A stretch of DNA of 64,000 nucleotides from the human T2T-CHM13v2.0 reference genome, Homo sapiens, in NCBI RefSeq assembly GCF_009914755.1, contig NC_060933.1. One strand, given 5' to 3'. The translations under genes and the position numbers were made by a program. Shown here piece after piece: positions 47,451 through 64,000 of the stretch; within the stretch, counting starts at the first letter, position 1; each line of letters opens with the position of its first letter. The notes beneath the pieces are model-generated. The model saw nothing but the letters and a program-made list of their open reading frames with translations. It searched no databases and had not been told where the DNA came from.

Positions 47451-49099
47451 CTAGGAAAAGCACAAATTGTATAAGTGGAACAATTTGGAAACAAGAGTCA
47501 GGTAGTCTTTCTTTAGACACAACACGACTTTGACATAACAATTGCAAATAATGCTTTGCAACCACGTCAATAGTGGTATCTTGAGGGGAACTACAGAATT
47601 TGAAAATAAATGTACTCTTTACCTAATTACTAATTTTTTTCATTTATTCTTATGTCTTACAAATATGATTATATTTGTTTAGGAATAAAAATCTGTTTCT
47701 TAAGGAATTCATCTATTTTTGTTGTAGTTCCCATTGGAAAACACATTTTTTTTTTTTTGTTAGAATAGTATAATCCCAATAAGTGACCTGTATTCATGAA
47801 GGCTAAGAATAGAAACAAGTAATGGTAGCTCAGAGGCTCAGGTTGGAACATAATGGCTCTGTCTCCTGAGAAGACGGAAGGTCTAATATTACATTAGACC
47901 ACATGTGGCATCTTTATATTTGCTAAGGGATAGTTAGTGCTTGCATTTCTCAAAACAGTCTTACATTATCACAATCTGCTTTCAACTAGTTCAAAATTCA
48001 AACTTAGTGGATTTTTTTCCACAGTAGTCATGCTAATGTAAATAGCACATTTGCAGTGAAAGTGTTCCGGTTTTATTCGTAAGATGTTTTAGGACAGTGC
48101 TTCTCAAATTGTAATGTGCAAGATCCTTATGATCATGTTAAATGCAGATTCCAAGTCAACGTAGGTGTAAGTAGGGAAGTCTGCATTTCAAACAAGCTCC
48201 CAAGTGAGGTTGGTGCCTTGCATAGTAAAGTTGTCGTTTGCAGTTAGATACCCGCTTACCAACAGAAAGTGACCAGTTAAGAAGAAACACATGCTCACCA
48301 AATGCTTATCTCAATAAATTTCTTTACACAGACTTATTAAAATCAACTTAACATACGATACACATGACACATATAACATACCTGTCTTTAGAAAAATAAA
48401 TTGATTGTTTTTTTGTCTGCCATATATGCCAAATAAATGGAAAACTGAAGATAATTTTTTTGGTTAAAATGTGGTCTTCGCATTAAAATTAGTTTGAAGG
48501 GTATTTTTCTGAAAAAAGATTCTCTCTTTCTCCATATATATAATATTTAACATTTAACTTTAATTTGAAGTAACATTTGCAAGAACCATGCTGTAAGGTA
48601 GTTTCCAGGGACCAAATTGTTAAAATAGATGTTTGTAATCAATACTTAACTGATGTGAACGTTTTGTATTATGACATTAAAGAGGGAATTCTTATTTGAA
48701 CTCTGCATTAGCTGAAAGTTCAGTGCATTCTGTAGCTTTCATATGAATTTATTCCACTACATTAGGTTCTAGATTTTAATATTTGTAGAGTTGGCTGCAT
48801 GCAGTAGGGAAAATGTCTTTTGCTCTTAGAAGTCATGAGAACTAAGGAGTCACAAGGTGATTTAGTGCATTTAAGCCAGATTTCATCCTGTGAAATCCAG
48901 GAGCAGATTTTTTTTTTTTTTAGCCAAAATCAGTTACTTTAAGAAACAAAGAATAGAAATTCCTTTAACAAAGAAAATTCTGTCTGGTAATCTAGTTGAC
49001 ATAAAGATAATAAGATATTGAATTTTTTAATGATTTCTTTGAGTCTAGGATGTGCCCAAGGAAACCTGTCCCTTGGCAGGAAAATAGTAGACATTTTCT

Positions 49100-49430
49100 T
49101 GAAACTATCGACTCATGCAACAACTTGGATAAATCTCAGTGGCGTTATGGTGAGTGAACAAAGTCATTCAAAAAGTTCATACTGTATTGATTCCATTATA
49201 TGACATTCTCAAAAGATAAAACTATAGGGATAGAAAATAGATCGGTGATTGCCAGTGCTTGGTGGCATAAGGGAGGCTTTGATAAAGAGGCAGCATGTGG
49301 GAATTTTTTTAGGGTGATAGAAATGTATCTTATTGTGGTGATCGTTATATATATGTCTTAGAATTTATAGAAATGTGCACCACAAAAAGGTCAATTTTAC
49401 TGTATGATAATTATAAAAACAAAAGAAAAT
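49100..49430 (+). mobile_element. L1MC/ME 3' UTR fragment
   Basis: catgcaacaacttggataaatctca...catactgtattgattcc...gtgattgccag. Confidence 0.7.
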
Positions 49431-49726
49431 AGAAAAAAGTGTGAGACAAAAAATATTAATTTACCTCAGAAACTAAATGAGCTTTTCCCATTGTATGGAG
49501 CTGAGGATTTATGAAAATTGCTTTCTTCCATATGCAGCCAGGCATGAAGCTGACTTGTGCCTCCATTCCCTGGAAGAATCCATCGGGGAAATGGTGGTAA
49601 TAGAAGATGCGACTCTGTTTGCTGGATTTAGATGCCATTACTGCAAGGGCACAGAGGGCTTCATGTAGTTGCAGACAGAAACTATAATGGAAATATTACT
49701 TAACAAGGTATCACTTTATATTTCTT

Positions 49727-50320
<594 letters not shown>

Positions 50321-50793
50321 CTAAAACCACTACATCTCTGAGTCAAAAAGTTGTATTTGTGGTACTAGTCTAAAAGAAAAATTCTCACCAACAACACCTC
50401 AGGGCATTGTAAAAAGTGTTGCTGATTCTTTTCATTAGGGTGGTAATTGCTAATTAAAGCCTAATGTATAGTGGGGCTATAAGGGCTTTTTTTCCCTCCA
50501 TGTTGGAAATAAGCAACTTCCCACATCAGAACGGGCAATGGAAACAACCAGAAGCCGCATGGAGATCTGGCACGGGGGCCAGCGAGGGCAGAACGGGAGT
50601 CAGCATTGCGCTCATGGCTCTCCGAGAGGGTCTTGGCGGTGGAGCACCCTGAGGAAATGGGAGAGTTACCCATGAGGCCTGGTACACCACCATTTCCTCT
50701 ACCTTTCCTATATGCCAGGGGATTTACGAAAGATTTTTTTTTATAGGAACAAATAGACTATTTATATCCCCAACAATCACCTTTTTTTTTTAA

Positions 50794-51185
<392 letters not shown>

Positions 51186-52169
51186 CAACAATCACCTTTG
51201 ACACTTCATATTATAGCAGAGAATGTCTTTCCTCTTGATTATTCAAGAAAAAATATATAAATGTATACATTCATTTCTATACAATTATGAGCTAAACAAT
51301 ACTGAATATATCTTATTAGATTTAAATAAAATTTAAGTAACAATTTTATTTCATCATTTCTAATAGTACGAGTTAAATAGATACTATGAGTAGAATTTGT
51401 TGTATGGATAAATGGAAGTAAGCATGGATATGTTTGTATATAATAAAATACAGTCAGCATGAATTTTATCCAATTTTTAAATAAACATAGAGTTATAAAT
51501 TAAAATTAACCAGCCATACCAACCCATTTGAATCTATAGTTTCCTACAAGGGAATGAAAGGCAAAGTAATAGCGAGCCTCCAAATGTTTTAGTCACGCAG
51601 TGTAGAGCATCCACAAATCATCTCACCCCTCTGTCGGGGGGCGCTGTGGGGCGCCCCAGCTTCACTAGTAGTGCTTCTCTGAACTCATGCCTGCACCTTT
51701 TCTGCTGGAAGCCTGAACAATGATGCAGAGATACTGTTTTCTTTGTTGTAGAAAACAGCAGAAGGTCTGTGCTCACGAGGGCAATATTAGGTCCTCATCA
51801 GCTGTGGCTTGCTATCTCCAGCACATCAATGAATGGAGAAAATAAGATTTAAACAAAGATCAGTGTCTCCATTCTCTAACATTTTACTCAAAATATTGGT
51901 TAGGTTAGACTCCACACCCACCAAAACCCAAAACACATTCCGTCTCACAGATGCTCTACATTCTTTCAATACAGAAACCTTACGACCAAGCCTACAATAT
52001 ACACTTGTTTTGGTAAAATAATTGGTCCAGTTAGTAAAAAATGAGTTGAATTAGTGTTCTCCCTCTCACATATTATAACTTTTTTCAATTACAGAGATGT
52101 TTACAGAATTTATCTGAGGTGCTTTCTGTGTATCTCTGAAAACACCTTCGTAATAGTAGGCACACCCTG

Positions 52170-52310
52170 GCTAGTAGTTCTCGGCCCTGGCTGCTCACTG
52201 GCATCACCAGGAGAGCTCTGGACATACTGAGGCCTGAGCCCTTCCCCCAGACACTAATTTAATGGGACTGTGGTGGGGCCTGGGCATGGATGTTTTTAGA
52301 AGCATCTGCT
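52170..52310. mobile_element. MER5A-like hAT fragment
   Basis: tagtagttctcggccctggctgctcactggcatcacc...ggtggggcctgggcat. Confidence 0.55.
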
Positions 52311-52784
52311 GATAGATAAGCAATAAATACGAGTTTATTAACTACACATGGTGATTTGATTTCCTTGGATTCTTCCCTGATTTTCTGATCCATTGGCCCG
52401 TATATGAACAGGCTAACTTCTAGTGTGTGAAAAGACTGACAGGATATTAACCTGGCTAAGCGTCTTTGAAAATATAAACGGAGGGACCATGCCTGAAAAG
52501 AGTTATGAAAAAAAAAAAAAAAAAAAAACAGAAAATATGCACCTGAGAGGGGCGCAAAGGAAGCAGGCGAATGTGGGGTCTTGGAGAAGTCACTCCTGAT
52601 CTTGAGTTTCTATGAGTACACATTAAAGGAAGTCATTGCAGTTTTCTATGTACTGTGCATTTGGATATTTTCACAAACTGAAACAATAATTCGCTGTTTC
52701 GGGAAGGGGAACAGAAAATGTGTTCTAACGTAGCATCTTTACTTTCTCTATTATTAGAAACATTTTAAAAATCTATCTTTCTTT

Positions 52785-53088
<304 letters not shown>

Positions 53089-53179
53089 TTATCTTTCTTT
53101 GGAGTCTGTCAAATGTATTACCACTTTATTATTAGTGAAATTTGGTGAGTTATATCAAATGATCAGTGATAGGAGATAA

Positions 53180-53540
<361 letters not shown>

Positions 53541-53959
53541 GAGAAAGGAATAGATTTCTAAGTCAAATTCCATTGATAATGATGAGAATCATAGGGGGAG
53601 GAGTCAATGGGTAGGAGAAAAAATATTTGGTTTAGGACATGCTGAATGTGAGGAGCCTGTGATAAAGGATAGGATAATATGAAAAGCTTCCAAAAGGAGT
53701 ACACCAGATTATGAGATCTACCTTTTCCCCAAACTTATAAAGGGAAAAAATATCAACTCCATTGTTAATTCTCCATTGATCCTGATGAAACGTCAGTACT
53801 GCTGATGAGATGTAAAAATAAAAAGCAGCAAGACTAAAGTTCTCCAAGATTCCTCTAGGATATGTTTGGTGTCTGCATTTGCATTTATTGTTATTTAATC
53901 TACGTTATTCAAGATGCTTTCTATTTGGAACCCCAAAACAAATGGTTGAATGGGCTTGC

Positions 53960-54400
53960 TCTGACTATCTATTTCCACAGAACAACCACCCAAAATTTAG
54001 TGGCTTAAAAAAATGACAGCATTTATTTTGTTTATGAATATGCAATAACTCCGCATGGTTTGGGGATGGCTCAAAGACCAGGGGCGAGGATCATCTGCAG
54101 GCTCATCCACTCACACATCTAGTGGTTGATACTAGCTGTTGGATTTCCACGTGGCTCTTCAGCTTCCTCTCAGCCTAGTAGATGGATCCAATGGTGAGTG
54201 TACCAGGAGAGCAGAAGGGAGCCAGGCATAGGTGTCTGGTCTTTCCTAACTGAGCTGAGGAAGTCACATGGTGTCATTTCTACCATATTACAGTCATTAG
54301 AAGTGAGCCAGTGAATCTGGCTCATATTCAAAGAGAGGGAAATTAGACTCTATTTTTAAATAAGTGTCAAAGAATTTAAGGGCATATTTTCAAACTGCCA
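53960..54400 (-). mobile_element. Old MLT1 (H/I/J-type) MaLR LTR
   Basis: caaccacccaaaatttagtggcttaaa...cagcatttattttg motif. Confidence 0.6.
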
Positions 54401-54961
54401 GAGCGATCTCAGAAGGCTCTGCCACCTACAACCAACTATTTCTTTGCATTTTAATAGAATTTTTAAGAGAAATCATAGCTGAAGCTGCGGTTATATTTTG
54501 GAGTCGTCACAGTAAAAGAAATAAAGTACATGTAATTTGATATTTCAGAGCATTTTTTCCCTTTGTCCAAGACATTTTAAATTTGAAATATGGTTTTGGC
54601 AGTTTTGTAAGAGATATTATGTAAATTGAAAGGAGAAGATGAGTTTTGGAGTCAATCTTAAAAATTCATTTTGGAGAAGCACAACATTTGCACAGCATCC
54701 GTCTGATTTGATGCCGTTTGTATAAAAGAGCCGTGCTTTCCCAGGAGTGGAAACTACATTATTGGAAAAATATAGGCTCCTTAGGGTAAATGATAGCACA
54801 AAGATAGTAAATGTCTTTTCATTTGAAATAACCTTTGTGGAAATGCTATTATTCTCAATATATTGTAAAAGAGATGAATCAGAACGGTGTTAGAAACTAT
54901 TTAATGGATCATCTATCTGTGACATATTACAAAGCTAAATGTTGAATTAGCACTTGGCTAA

Positions 54962-55324
<363 letters not shown>

Positions 55325-57679
55325 TGGTTTTGAATCTTGGTTTGACTTTTCTTTGCCGAGAGATCTTGAAGTTTTGTTATGAGGATTAGAGCACAATTCC
55401 TGGTATCTGCTCCCTGGCTGACACTCAGAAACTGAGATTTGTCATTAAGATTGTGATGGTGAGATGATGATGAGAAATTGTTTGACTATCTCAGGAATAG
55501 TAGAAATTATTAAAATATTGAATTGTACCCATGAGACTATGTGGCCAGGCAAGAAGAATGAGATAGGCCCTTTCTTCAAAGTATATGATTTTTTTATTAT
55601 TGAAGAAATTATTCATAAACACTTGAAAACAAAGCATATTCAAAGTTTTAAACTGTACCTAAAAGATAGTGCCATAGGAGATGTGAGATTTTGCTAAATA
55701 TTTTGACCTTAAAATGGGAAACTCATGAAATATGAATTATTTTAAGGGTCTAATTTATTGCATTTTTTGATTCATATGAATTTCCCTCGACAATGTTAAT
55801 TCAGTTATCAGGACAAATGAAAAAGTAAGCTTTGTAAATTAAAATACAGAAATATTTACATATTGTGGCTTGTCTCTGGAACTTTTATAATGGGATATTA
55901 TATTTTAACTAATGTTGATGTAAAATATTATAACCAAGATATCAGCAATATAGTTACAAGTTGTTCTTTTGAAACACAGGGTCATAACTCACAGGTACCT
56001 GATTTCAAAATACTTTTGGCATAATTTACAATTTATAAATCTATAATCTCTTTAAGGCGAATTGTTCTAATGCATAATTAATGCACTAGTGCCATGACTA
56101 ACTTTTAAGAATGCTGCATTTTCCACACCAGTTCACTGATAACCTAAAATATTGCAGTCATTCTTTTAAGAAGTTGTTAAAAATGTCTCTGTAAAATATA
56201 ATGGCAAATGCTGGCTATTTTATGAGTGGGAATTACAATAGTAAATAGTAAAACAAAATATTTTCCAAGAATAAATGTGCTTCATGTGGGTTTGATCAGC
56301 ACATCTGATTGAAGATTTGAGGTGAGATACATTGTCCCCATTAAGCTTAAGGGTTTCAGCGCAAAATTAGCTGATCTACTCTTTGAAACGCAGGGCATTT
56401 GTGAAAATGCCAAACGCATCTCTATTAGAATGTCATCCATGAGCAAATGAGTAATGTAAGTCAGATACAATGGTTAATTCTGTGGTTTGCCAAATCTGTA
56501 CACTTCCTGTTACTTTGTAGATTGTAAAATAATGATGCAGCGTTCACCCTAATGATCAATTGTTTTCCTTACTAAAATGTAAGCATTTAAAAGATCTGCC
56601 TAATTTTTTCTAAGTGTATGTTAGGCAGATCTATACTTCCTACTCCTAAAGCATTCTTCTAAAGCAGTTTATTAGAGCGCACACTAATGGCTTATCAATT
56701 AAGCAAACATGATCAGTATTGAGCACTTGCTCTGCTCCAGGGTGCCGGTGCTAGGTTCACGTGCATCAGGGAGACAGAGTTATAGTCCTCATGAAGCTTA
56801 CAGGGGGGCAGATTGATTGAACCGACACCTCTGATTCCCTTTTAAGCCTGTAAGCAGCTGCTCTGTAAAGCAGGTGTTTCAAACACAACCACCTTCAGAG
56901 ACGAGGTGATTCTGTTGAGTGGGTGAAGCAGGCCAGACATGAGGCCGCAAGCAGTGGTTTAGACCAGTTCATTGGAGAATCCCTGCCTTATTAAAAGTAT
57001 TTCCTTCCAAAAATGTGAAAGGAAGACTTGTCCTTTTCCCCAAATCATTTAGAAAGCTTGCTTTGTCACCTCTGCTTCTAAGGAGTCCTGGTTGGTCTCC
57101 AAAAGGAAGCTTTCTCTAAAGAACAGTGTAGTACAAAGTAAGATGGGACAAGACTCAGGGGGCCCACTTCTGAGCTGCTCAGCCACTTGCCCACCTCAGG
57201 TAAACACTGAGCCTGGTGGTCTTTCAGTCATTCCAGGTCTGATGTTCTACAGTTTTGTCAGGTTATCTGGGAGAAATTTTGATGCTGAAGAGTCCCGAAA
57301 GTAGGAGAAGCATTTCAAACTGAGGCCTAAGATGTTTTCAAGTTGTGGCAGAGTTGCCTTGAAGAAGGTAACTCGGGCTTTGCCCTTTGCCCTTTTGCCC
57401 TTTTCCCTTTGCCCTCACCTGCAGCCTGCACATCCATACCTCACCTCTAATACAGCAACCCCTGTTTGACATGTTGTATATATTAAGCTTTTACTTAAGA
57501 TGTCATTTAATGAAAAAGATTTTGCTGCTTAAAAAGCAGTGGAGAATAATAGCTAGCCTCTTGAGTACACAGTCCCGTAAGATTTGAGCACATGATTTTT
57601 AGAAAAAGAATAGAAAATAAGAGAAAATTATAACCTCACTTTACCTGTCGGGATATTGACATCACTGTCAGATTTCACA

Positions 57680-57870
57680 AAGCCACATGTGCATCTGGTG
57701 AAATCCCAGATCCACCCTTTCTAACTGTATGCTCTTAGGTAGCCAATTAATCTTTCTAGGACTCAGTTTTCCATTCATTAAATAGGAAACTTAACACATA
57801 GGGCTTTTGAGAGGGTTACATGAGTCAATACAAGCAGAGAACTTAGTAATTCCTCTGTCACGTAGTAAGC
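57680..57870. mobile_element. MIR remnant
   Basis: aaatcccagatccacc...ctcagttttccattcattaaatagg core. Confidence 0.55.
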
Positions 57871-60800
57871 ACTCCTTGTTATCCTTGGATTTTGTGGTAC
57901 TTTGGAGGAGAATGGCACTCGGATCTCTGTTGGTATAATTTTTACCAAAGTAAAATCTGGTTGAAATAGCATTCAGATTTAGGCTTAAGGAGAGGATATT
58001 TCTTAGAAAGGAAGGCTAAGCTTAATGGGGGAAAAGAGTTATCAGTGAGGCCTTGGGGCAGGGGACTGACTCCACTGGGCATTACTTGTGCAAAAGGGAT
58101 AAAATGTAGAGAGAGTTTTTTTTTCTGGTATATTATTTTATTCCATTAAAGTCAGTGTTCTACTTTTATTTTGTAAAATCATATTTCTGAGTCCTGAACA
58201 AAAGACTTTCAAGATAGATTTTACTGACAGAGAAATGGAGTGCCACATTCCATAGCTTTGCATATAGAGCTTCACATGCAAAGCTCTTTGCATCTCAAGG
58301 GCTAAAACTGACTTACAGCAAGTAGCTTTCCTGTAAACTGTAAAGTAGAAGCGAACGGAGACAGCTATGAAGGTGGGAAAAATGCCTCCTGCAGAAGAAG
58401 AGCAGACATAGGGGAGCATAAATAGTATACCCTGCCTGGACCCTGAGAAGGACCCAGACCCGCATGCTGCATATTGAGACAGACATGGCTGTGGATGCTC
58501 ATTACTTGGGATTCTCAGTGATGCCTCAATCCACAATTTTGTATTAATAAAAAAGTCTTTAAAATATTTGCATCTAGGAATCAAAGTGTCATTCAATGAC
58601 TTATTGGTCCTCAAATGACAGCTTGGGGTTGTACCTTATTTTCTATATCATGGAGTAACTCCTACACTATATTCATTCCAGGAGAATTAACTATGTCAAT
58701 TCTTATGTTCATCTCTTCCTTGGCTGATTATTTGTTAGGGAAAAAGCTTTTGCTTGTTTATTAATTTGTCTCCTTCCTACTCTTCTGATTATTATTTTGT
58801 AATCAAAACAGGATTTTAAAATTCATAGACACTAAAATATTCTAGACTTTTAGCACTGGTTTCTAATATTTTGGGAGGAGAAGCTTCATTTTTTCTTGAA
58901 AATGAAGGTGTAAAGATACTAAATTCCTTGAGTGGAACATCTGGGCTTCATAGAAACTTTGGAGCTATATGATAGTTAGAGAGAATGTAGACAGGGTTCC
59001 TCATTGTATAGATAATGAAACTGCGGACCAGAGAGGCTGAGTGACTTGTAGAAGGTCCCCCAGTGAGTAGCAGATCCTGGATGCATGCAGCATTGCTAAC
59101 TCTGAGAGCTAAGTCGTCATCATGTCCCCACCTTCACCACACCACACAGTTCAGGAGAAGGGGCACATCTCTAGAATATGGCTGGAAAATACACTAGGGA
59201 AAACTTTAGATCCACTAGCAGAGTCCAGTGCTCCTCTTGGAGAAAGTGACCAGAAAGAATAAGGCACAGTTAGCTGTTGAAGAAAAGCTGATTTCTCAGC
59301 CAGATTATATACATTAGCATCCATGTTAGTTACCTTTGCTGAATAATTCTCTCCTCAACTGAGCTCTCTGAAGAAACCTCCAGGAATTAGCAGGGATTTG
59401 AGTAGAGATGGCATATGTTTGGGCCCTGATGAAAATGATAAAATTGTGGCCTGGCTGCAGCTTGTGTGCTGAAGGAAGAGCATGATGCAGTTCATTGGTA
59501 TGAAAAATGAATGCAACTAAAACCTAAACATTAAAACTTGGCCTTTATTACCAAAGTGAAAGTGCTTCTAATTGAGGCTCCCTGGGTTTTAATTGTTCTT
59601 CAGGAAAATTAGATGTTGTCAAAGTAGAAGTTTAATGTCTGTTCACAGTCTGGAGTTTTTGGAATAACTTCCTTCACAGCGTGTGTGTTTTAAACATAAA
59701 AAGGGCTTTTTGGTTTGTATATAGTTAGTGGGATTACGACTGCCTCACTAGATGCTTACAACAAATATTTAAGAAATCCATAAGGTCTACTATTTATAAC
59801 AGAATAAACATTTAAATTTAAGATATTTTGACCATTTTGGTAAAACATTTAAAAAATAAACTATCATGAACTGACAAAACCAACATCATTTAAAAAAATT
59901 CAACATGGCAAAAACTTTATGAGACTTATACCATAGACCAAATTTGTAACTTTAGCCTTGATACATTACTGCTTGTAAATAGAAATGTTCTTACTACAAA
60001 GTGATGTGCTCAGATACACCCAAAATTTATTAAAGGCATGTCAACAGCCAAATTCTGTGGTACAAGGTTTTTCATACATTATTTTACATAACCTTTGAGG
60101 AATTCCAATTTTATATTCCCATTTTCAGAAGAGTTGGTTAGTTACTGAATTCAACAAATGAGTGTGAGCAGGGGCCTGGAGTACTTAAAAAGAATAAACA
60201 AAATGCCTTTAAATCAGAAACACAAAATTGCTAGTAATTTCAGTTAATTGCACTTTACTCCATGTAGCTACAATTGTAGATATCTAGAAAAAATATCTAT
60301 GATAAAAGCCTGCCATCTGGAAAAGTCAAAAGAATGATGAGCTGGTATTAAATCTCAGTAACCCTGACATATGGAATATCTCTGCCATGTTAAGAGCAGA
60401 CCTTGGTATGAGACTGACTCTGGGCTTTACATATGAATTTGGAATTGCCAATATCTCTACTTGAACTATGTGAGACAATAAAAGTGCTCCCTTATACACT
60501 TTAGATAATGGGCCCTTTGGGGGATCTGATGTTCATTCTGCCTTTCCCAGAAAAATACAACTATAATAAAATGTTGTAATCAGTTTCAGTTTATTTATTG
60601 CTGATCTTTTATTTTTGTTTTAATTTAACATGGCAATCCACTTTCTATAGTCAGAAGTGCAATTTAAAGAACTCTAACAACTCACAATCTAGAAGAATGT
60701 CTTTGGAAATTTTAGGATTCAAATCTAAAAAAAATTTTGAGATTTCTTTTTCCTAGATTGTACTGATGTTATAAGTGCCTTATGTAATACCCAGTTCTTC

Positions 60801-61025
60801 CCCATGGAGATTTCTCAGTGAAAGAACCACATCACATGTTCACAAGAGCATCAAGAATAAGAGGGTCAGGTACCTAGGAAGAAAGATTGGCTAGCATTCT
60901 CTCTCCCCCATCAAATATAAATGGATTTAGCACAGGGATTTGTTTAATTCACTACTGCCAGCACCTAGAAAAATGCTTGAAATTTTTAATATGACAATGC
61001 ACAATTCAAGAGGAAATAATAACAT

Positions 61026-61393
61026 TGTATTAGTCTGTTCTCACACTGCTATAAAGACATGCCTATGAAGTGGTAATATATGAAGAAAAGAGGTTTCATT
61101 GACTCACAGTTCCACAGGCTGTACAGGAGGCATTGCTGGGGAGGCCTCAGGAAACTTAAAATCATGGCCAAATGCAAAGGGGAAACAGGCACATCTTCAC
61201 ATGACTGGTAGGAAAGAGAGAGCGGGGAGGTGCTATACACTTTTACAACCATCAGGTCTCTTGAGAACTCACTATAATGAGAATAGCAATAGCAAGAGGG
61301 AAGTCTGCTCCCATGATTAAATCACCTCCTCCAACATTGTGGATTACAATTCGATATGAGACTTGGGTGGAGACACAGAGCCAAACCATATCA
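61026..61393 (-). mobile_element. MSTA MaLR solo LTR
   Basis: tgtattagtctgttctcacactgctataaag...gccaaaccatatca; 5-bp TSD aacat at 61021 and 61394. Confidence 0.9.
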
Positions 61394-61904
61394 AACATTA
61401 GTATGTGAAAGTAGTTATTATGATAAAACATATTTTAACCAACATACAATTAGTTATACGATTTTTATAATGTTTTCAGTGTTAAAATTTTTGAAAAAAC
61501 TGCAGAAAAACAAGTGGAAGTGAACAAAATTACATTGACAGTAGTAAGTTGTAATGTTTAATTCTTTGAATGTTTCAGTGGGAGCTAGAAATTGGTTTGA
61601 TATACTTTTTAGTTCAGTTGGAATACTTAACACTTCTCCACTTTGCCTAATATATGCTGCAGCAATAAATTAATTTTCCTTCTGAGATTTCTAGTAATTT
61701 GGGGAGTGCTTATTTGCAAAGAATTGAAAAAAAAAGTGACACAAATTGATATATCAAGCAAACTATGTGGTTTTGTATTTTCAACTAATTGCTGAAGAGC
61801 ACTTATACACAAAAAATATCAGATTCCTCAAAGAGGAGATATTTAAGGCAAGCAAAGAAATGTATAGGTCAGTTTCCTTCAAATAATTTTATTTCTTACT
61901 CTTA

Positions 61905-62720
61905 AAAATCTTTTATTTCAGATTCAGGGGCTACATGTGCGGGTTTGTTACATGGGTGTATTGCATGGTGCTAAGGTTTGGGCTTCTATTGATTCCCTTA
62001 CCCAATACTAAACATAGTACCTAATTGGTAGTATTCAAACCCTGCTGCCTTTTCTCCCACCCTATTTTTGGAGTCCCCGGTGTCTACTGTTCCTATCTAT
62101 ATTTTCCAGTGTTTAGCTCCCACTTATAAGTGAGAATATGCAGCGTTTGTTTTTCTGTTTCTGCCTTAATTTGCTTAGGAAGTGGTCTCCAGCTGCATTC
62201 ATGTTGCTGCAAAGGACATGATTTTGTTCTTTTTATGGCTGTGCAGTATTCCACAGTATATATGTACCACATTTTCTTTATCCAGTCCATCGTTGATGGG
62301 CACCTAGGTTGATTCCATGTCTTTGCCATTGTGAATAGTATTTTGATAAACATATGAGTGCAGGTGTCTTTTTGGAAGAATAATTTATTTTTCTTTGGGT
62401 AGCTACCTAGTAATGGGATTGCTGGGTCAAATAGTAGTTTTATTTTTAGTTCTCTGAGAAATCATCAAACTGCTTTCCACAGGAGCCAAATTAATTTACA
62501 TTCTCTCCAACAGTTTATAAGTATTCCCTTTCTCTACAGCCATGCCAATATCTGTTGTTTTTTGACTTTTTAATAATAGCCATTCTGACTGGTGTTCCTT
62601 TTGCCCACTTTTTAATGAGGTTATTTGGGTTTTCTGTTGATTTGTTTAAGTTCTTTATAAATTCTGGATATTTGTTTTTTGTTGGGTACACAGTTTACAA
62701 ATATCAAATATTTTCAATGT
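61905..62720 (-). mobile_element. L1PA15/16-like 3' end
   Basis: ORF 62093-62353 encodes the L1 ORF2 C-terminus (AKTWNQPRCPSTMDWIKKMWYIYT), followed by 3' UTR; internal deletion near 62595. Confidence 0.85.
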
Positions 62721-64000
62721 AGAAACTTGGATCTTTGATTTTTATGATGATAAATTGAGGCATATTGCAAGAAAAACATTTGAATCAGAATATTTACCAA
62801 TATTATCATAATAGTGAATTATATTTTTACTTGTCCCTACATTTTGGTAATAACAATTAAATTTTGCTAAATAACAATTAAGTGCTGGTCCAAGATGGTG
62901 GACTGATTATTCTTCCAGGGGACCAATTTCAATGACAATAAATGAGAAAATGATGTGAATCAGTAACAATACTAATTGAAGCTAATTTCTATATTTCTAT
63001 GGTGTACATGTTCTTTGAAGCAACAAGTATCTATCGCTGTAAGAATAAGACATTTGGAAAATGTCTTATATATATGAGATATGTCATATATATGTATGTA
63101 AATAAACCATAACGTTTCTATGGTATATGATGTGAGCTATTTTCAAATATGTGAGTTCCAACTTCCCTCTGTTAAGGAACATTTAACTTTGAGTGATTCA
63201 TGTGACTTCTGAGACCAGCTGTCCCCAGCCTCTGAGATTCAGATAAAAACAAGTATCCTTAGCTCTAGATTAATCCAGTGGCACTGAGCATCTATGGTGA
63301 TGAAGGATATGTTTTCGGTAGTCATTTTACCAAAGATGGTGCTGTGAAAACCATCAAAATATAAATCATGGCCTTAACCATCTATCTGAGAAGACAAGAC
63401 TAATACACTTGAAACACAAGAAACAAATGCAAGAGAATATACATATACTTGTCATTGAATTTTGTAATACAGCCTACAAATGTTATAGAGGCTCATCTAA
63501 ATGATGAAGTCAATGATGCATAGTATAATCAAGATATGCTTCCTAGAACACATTGTGTAGATAGATTTGAATAGGCAGATGGATAAAGATGAACATTTAA
63601 GACATGAGCAAATGCCTACACACCTGAAAAAATGTGGCAAGTCTGTATAGGAGAGAAGAACATACCTGAGGGCTTGAGCTACGGTGTGATAAGGAGCTCA
63701 TTTGAATAATCTGGTGGAATCAGATGGGCTATGGAAGCCTGATAGAGTAACACAAGCAGATAATCAACAAAGATGCTTATCAGCTCTAAGAAGGAATAGA
63801 AAAAAATTTCAGAATATAAACCATGGAACATGTCTCAAGGAAATAATTTTTATATGTATAAAATTTAACCTAAATATAATTCTATAATGTAAACAGAAAA
63901 AAATAATGGACTGGAAACTATTTTCATCAAATATGAACATTATAAATTACTATCATGGGTTACTCAATGTACTTTAAATTTTAGACATTTTAAAATGATT

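Noticed and set aside
58138-58614. Longest ORF (158 aa)
   Set aside because: No recognisable domain or exon context; consistent with chance.

Overview
Human genomic DNA: it carries AluYa5, Ya8 and Yb8 insertions, young, essentially human-specific subfamilies. The window is repeat-dense and has no intact protein-coding gene. Nearly all listed ORFs are Alu, LTR or L1 artefacts. The gene-derived content is three processed pseudogenes within about 10 kb: RBPJ (+, ~9989-13874), RAB28 (-, ~15250-16900, split by an AluY) and a strongly decayed GPRC5B retrocopy (-, ~18738-19815). A degenerate ERVL/MLT2 provirus (~37063-44762) hosts nested MST, Tigger2 and L1PB insertions. Solo LTRs include LTR8, MER52, LTR8B, MER61, MER66, MER34-like, LTR47, MER41A and MSTA, and there are about 20 Alus. 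The RBPJ/RAB28 pseudogene pairing fits my recollection of the chromosome 9 pericentromeric segmental duplications (inference, unverified). I found no clearly new biological system. The best leads are: (1) the RBPJ retrocopy begins, inside its target-site duplication (TSD), with an MST LTR exon, implying an LTR-initiated chimeric RBPJ germline transcript; (2) the GPRC5B retrocopy; (3) a 93-bp-arm fold-back palindrome within a template-switched MLT1; (4) a candidate Alu 3' transduction; (5) three very young Alus within 9 kb. Repeat family names and parent-protein comparisons come from memory, not from database searches.
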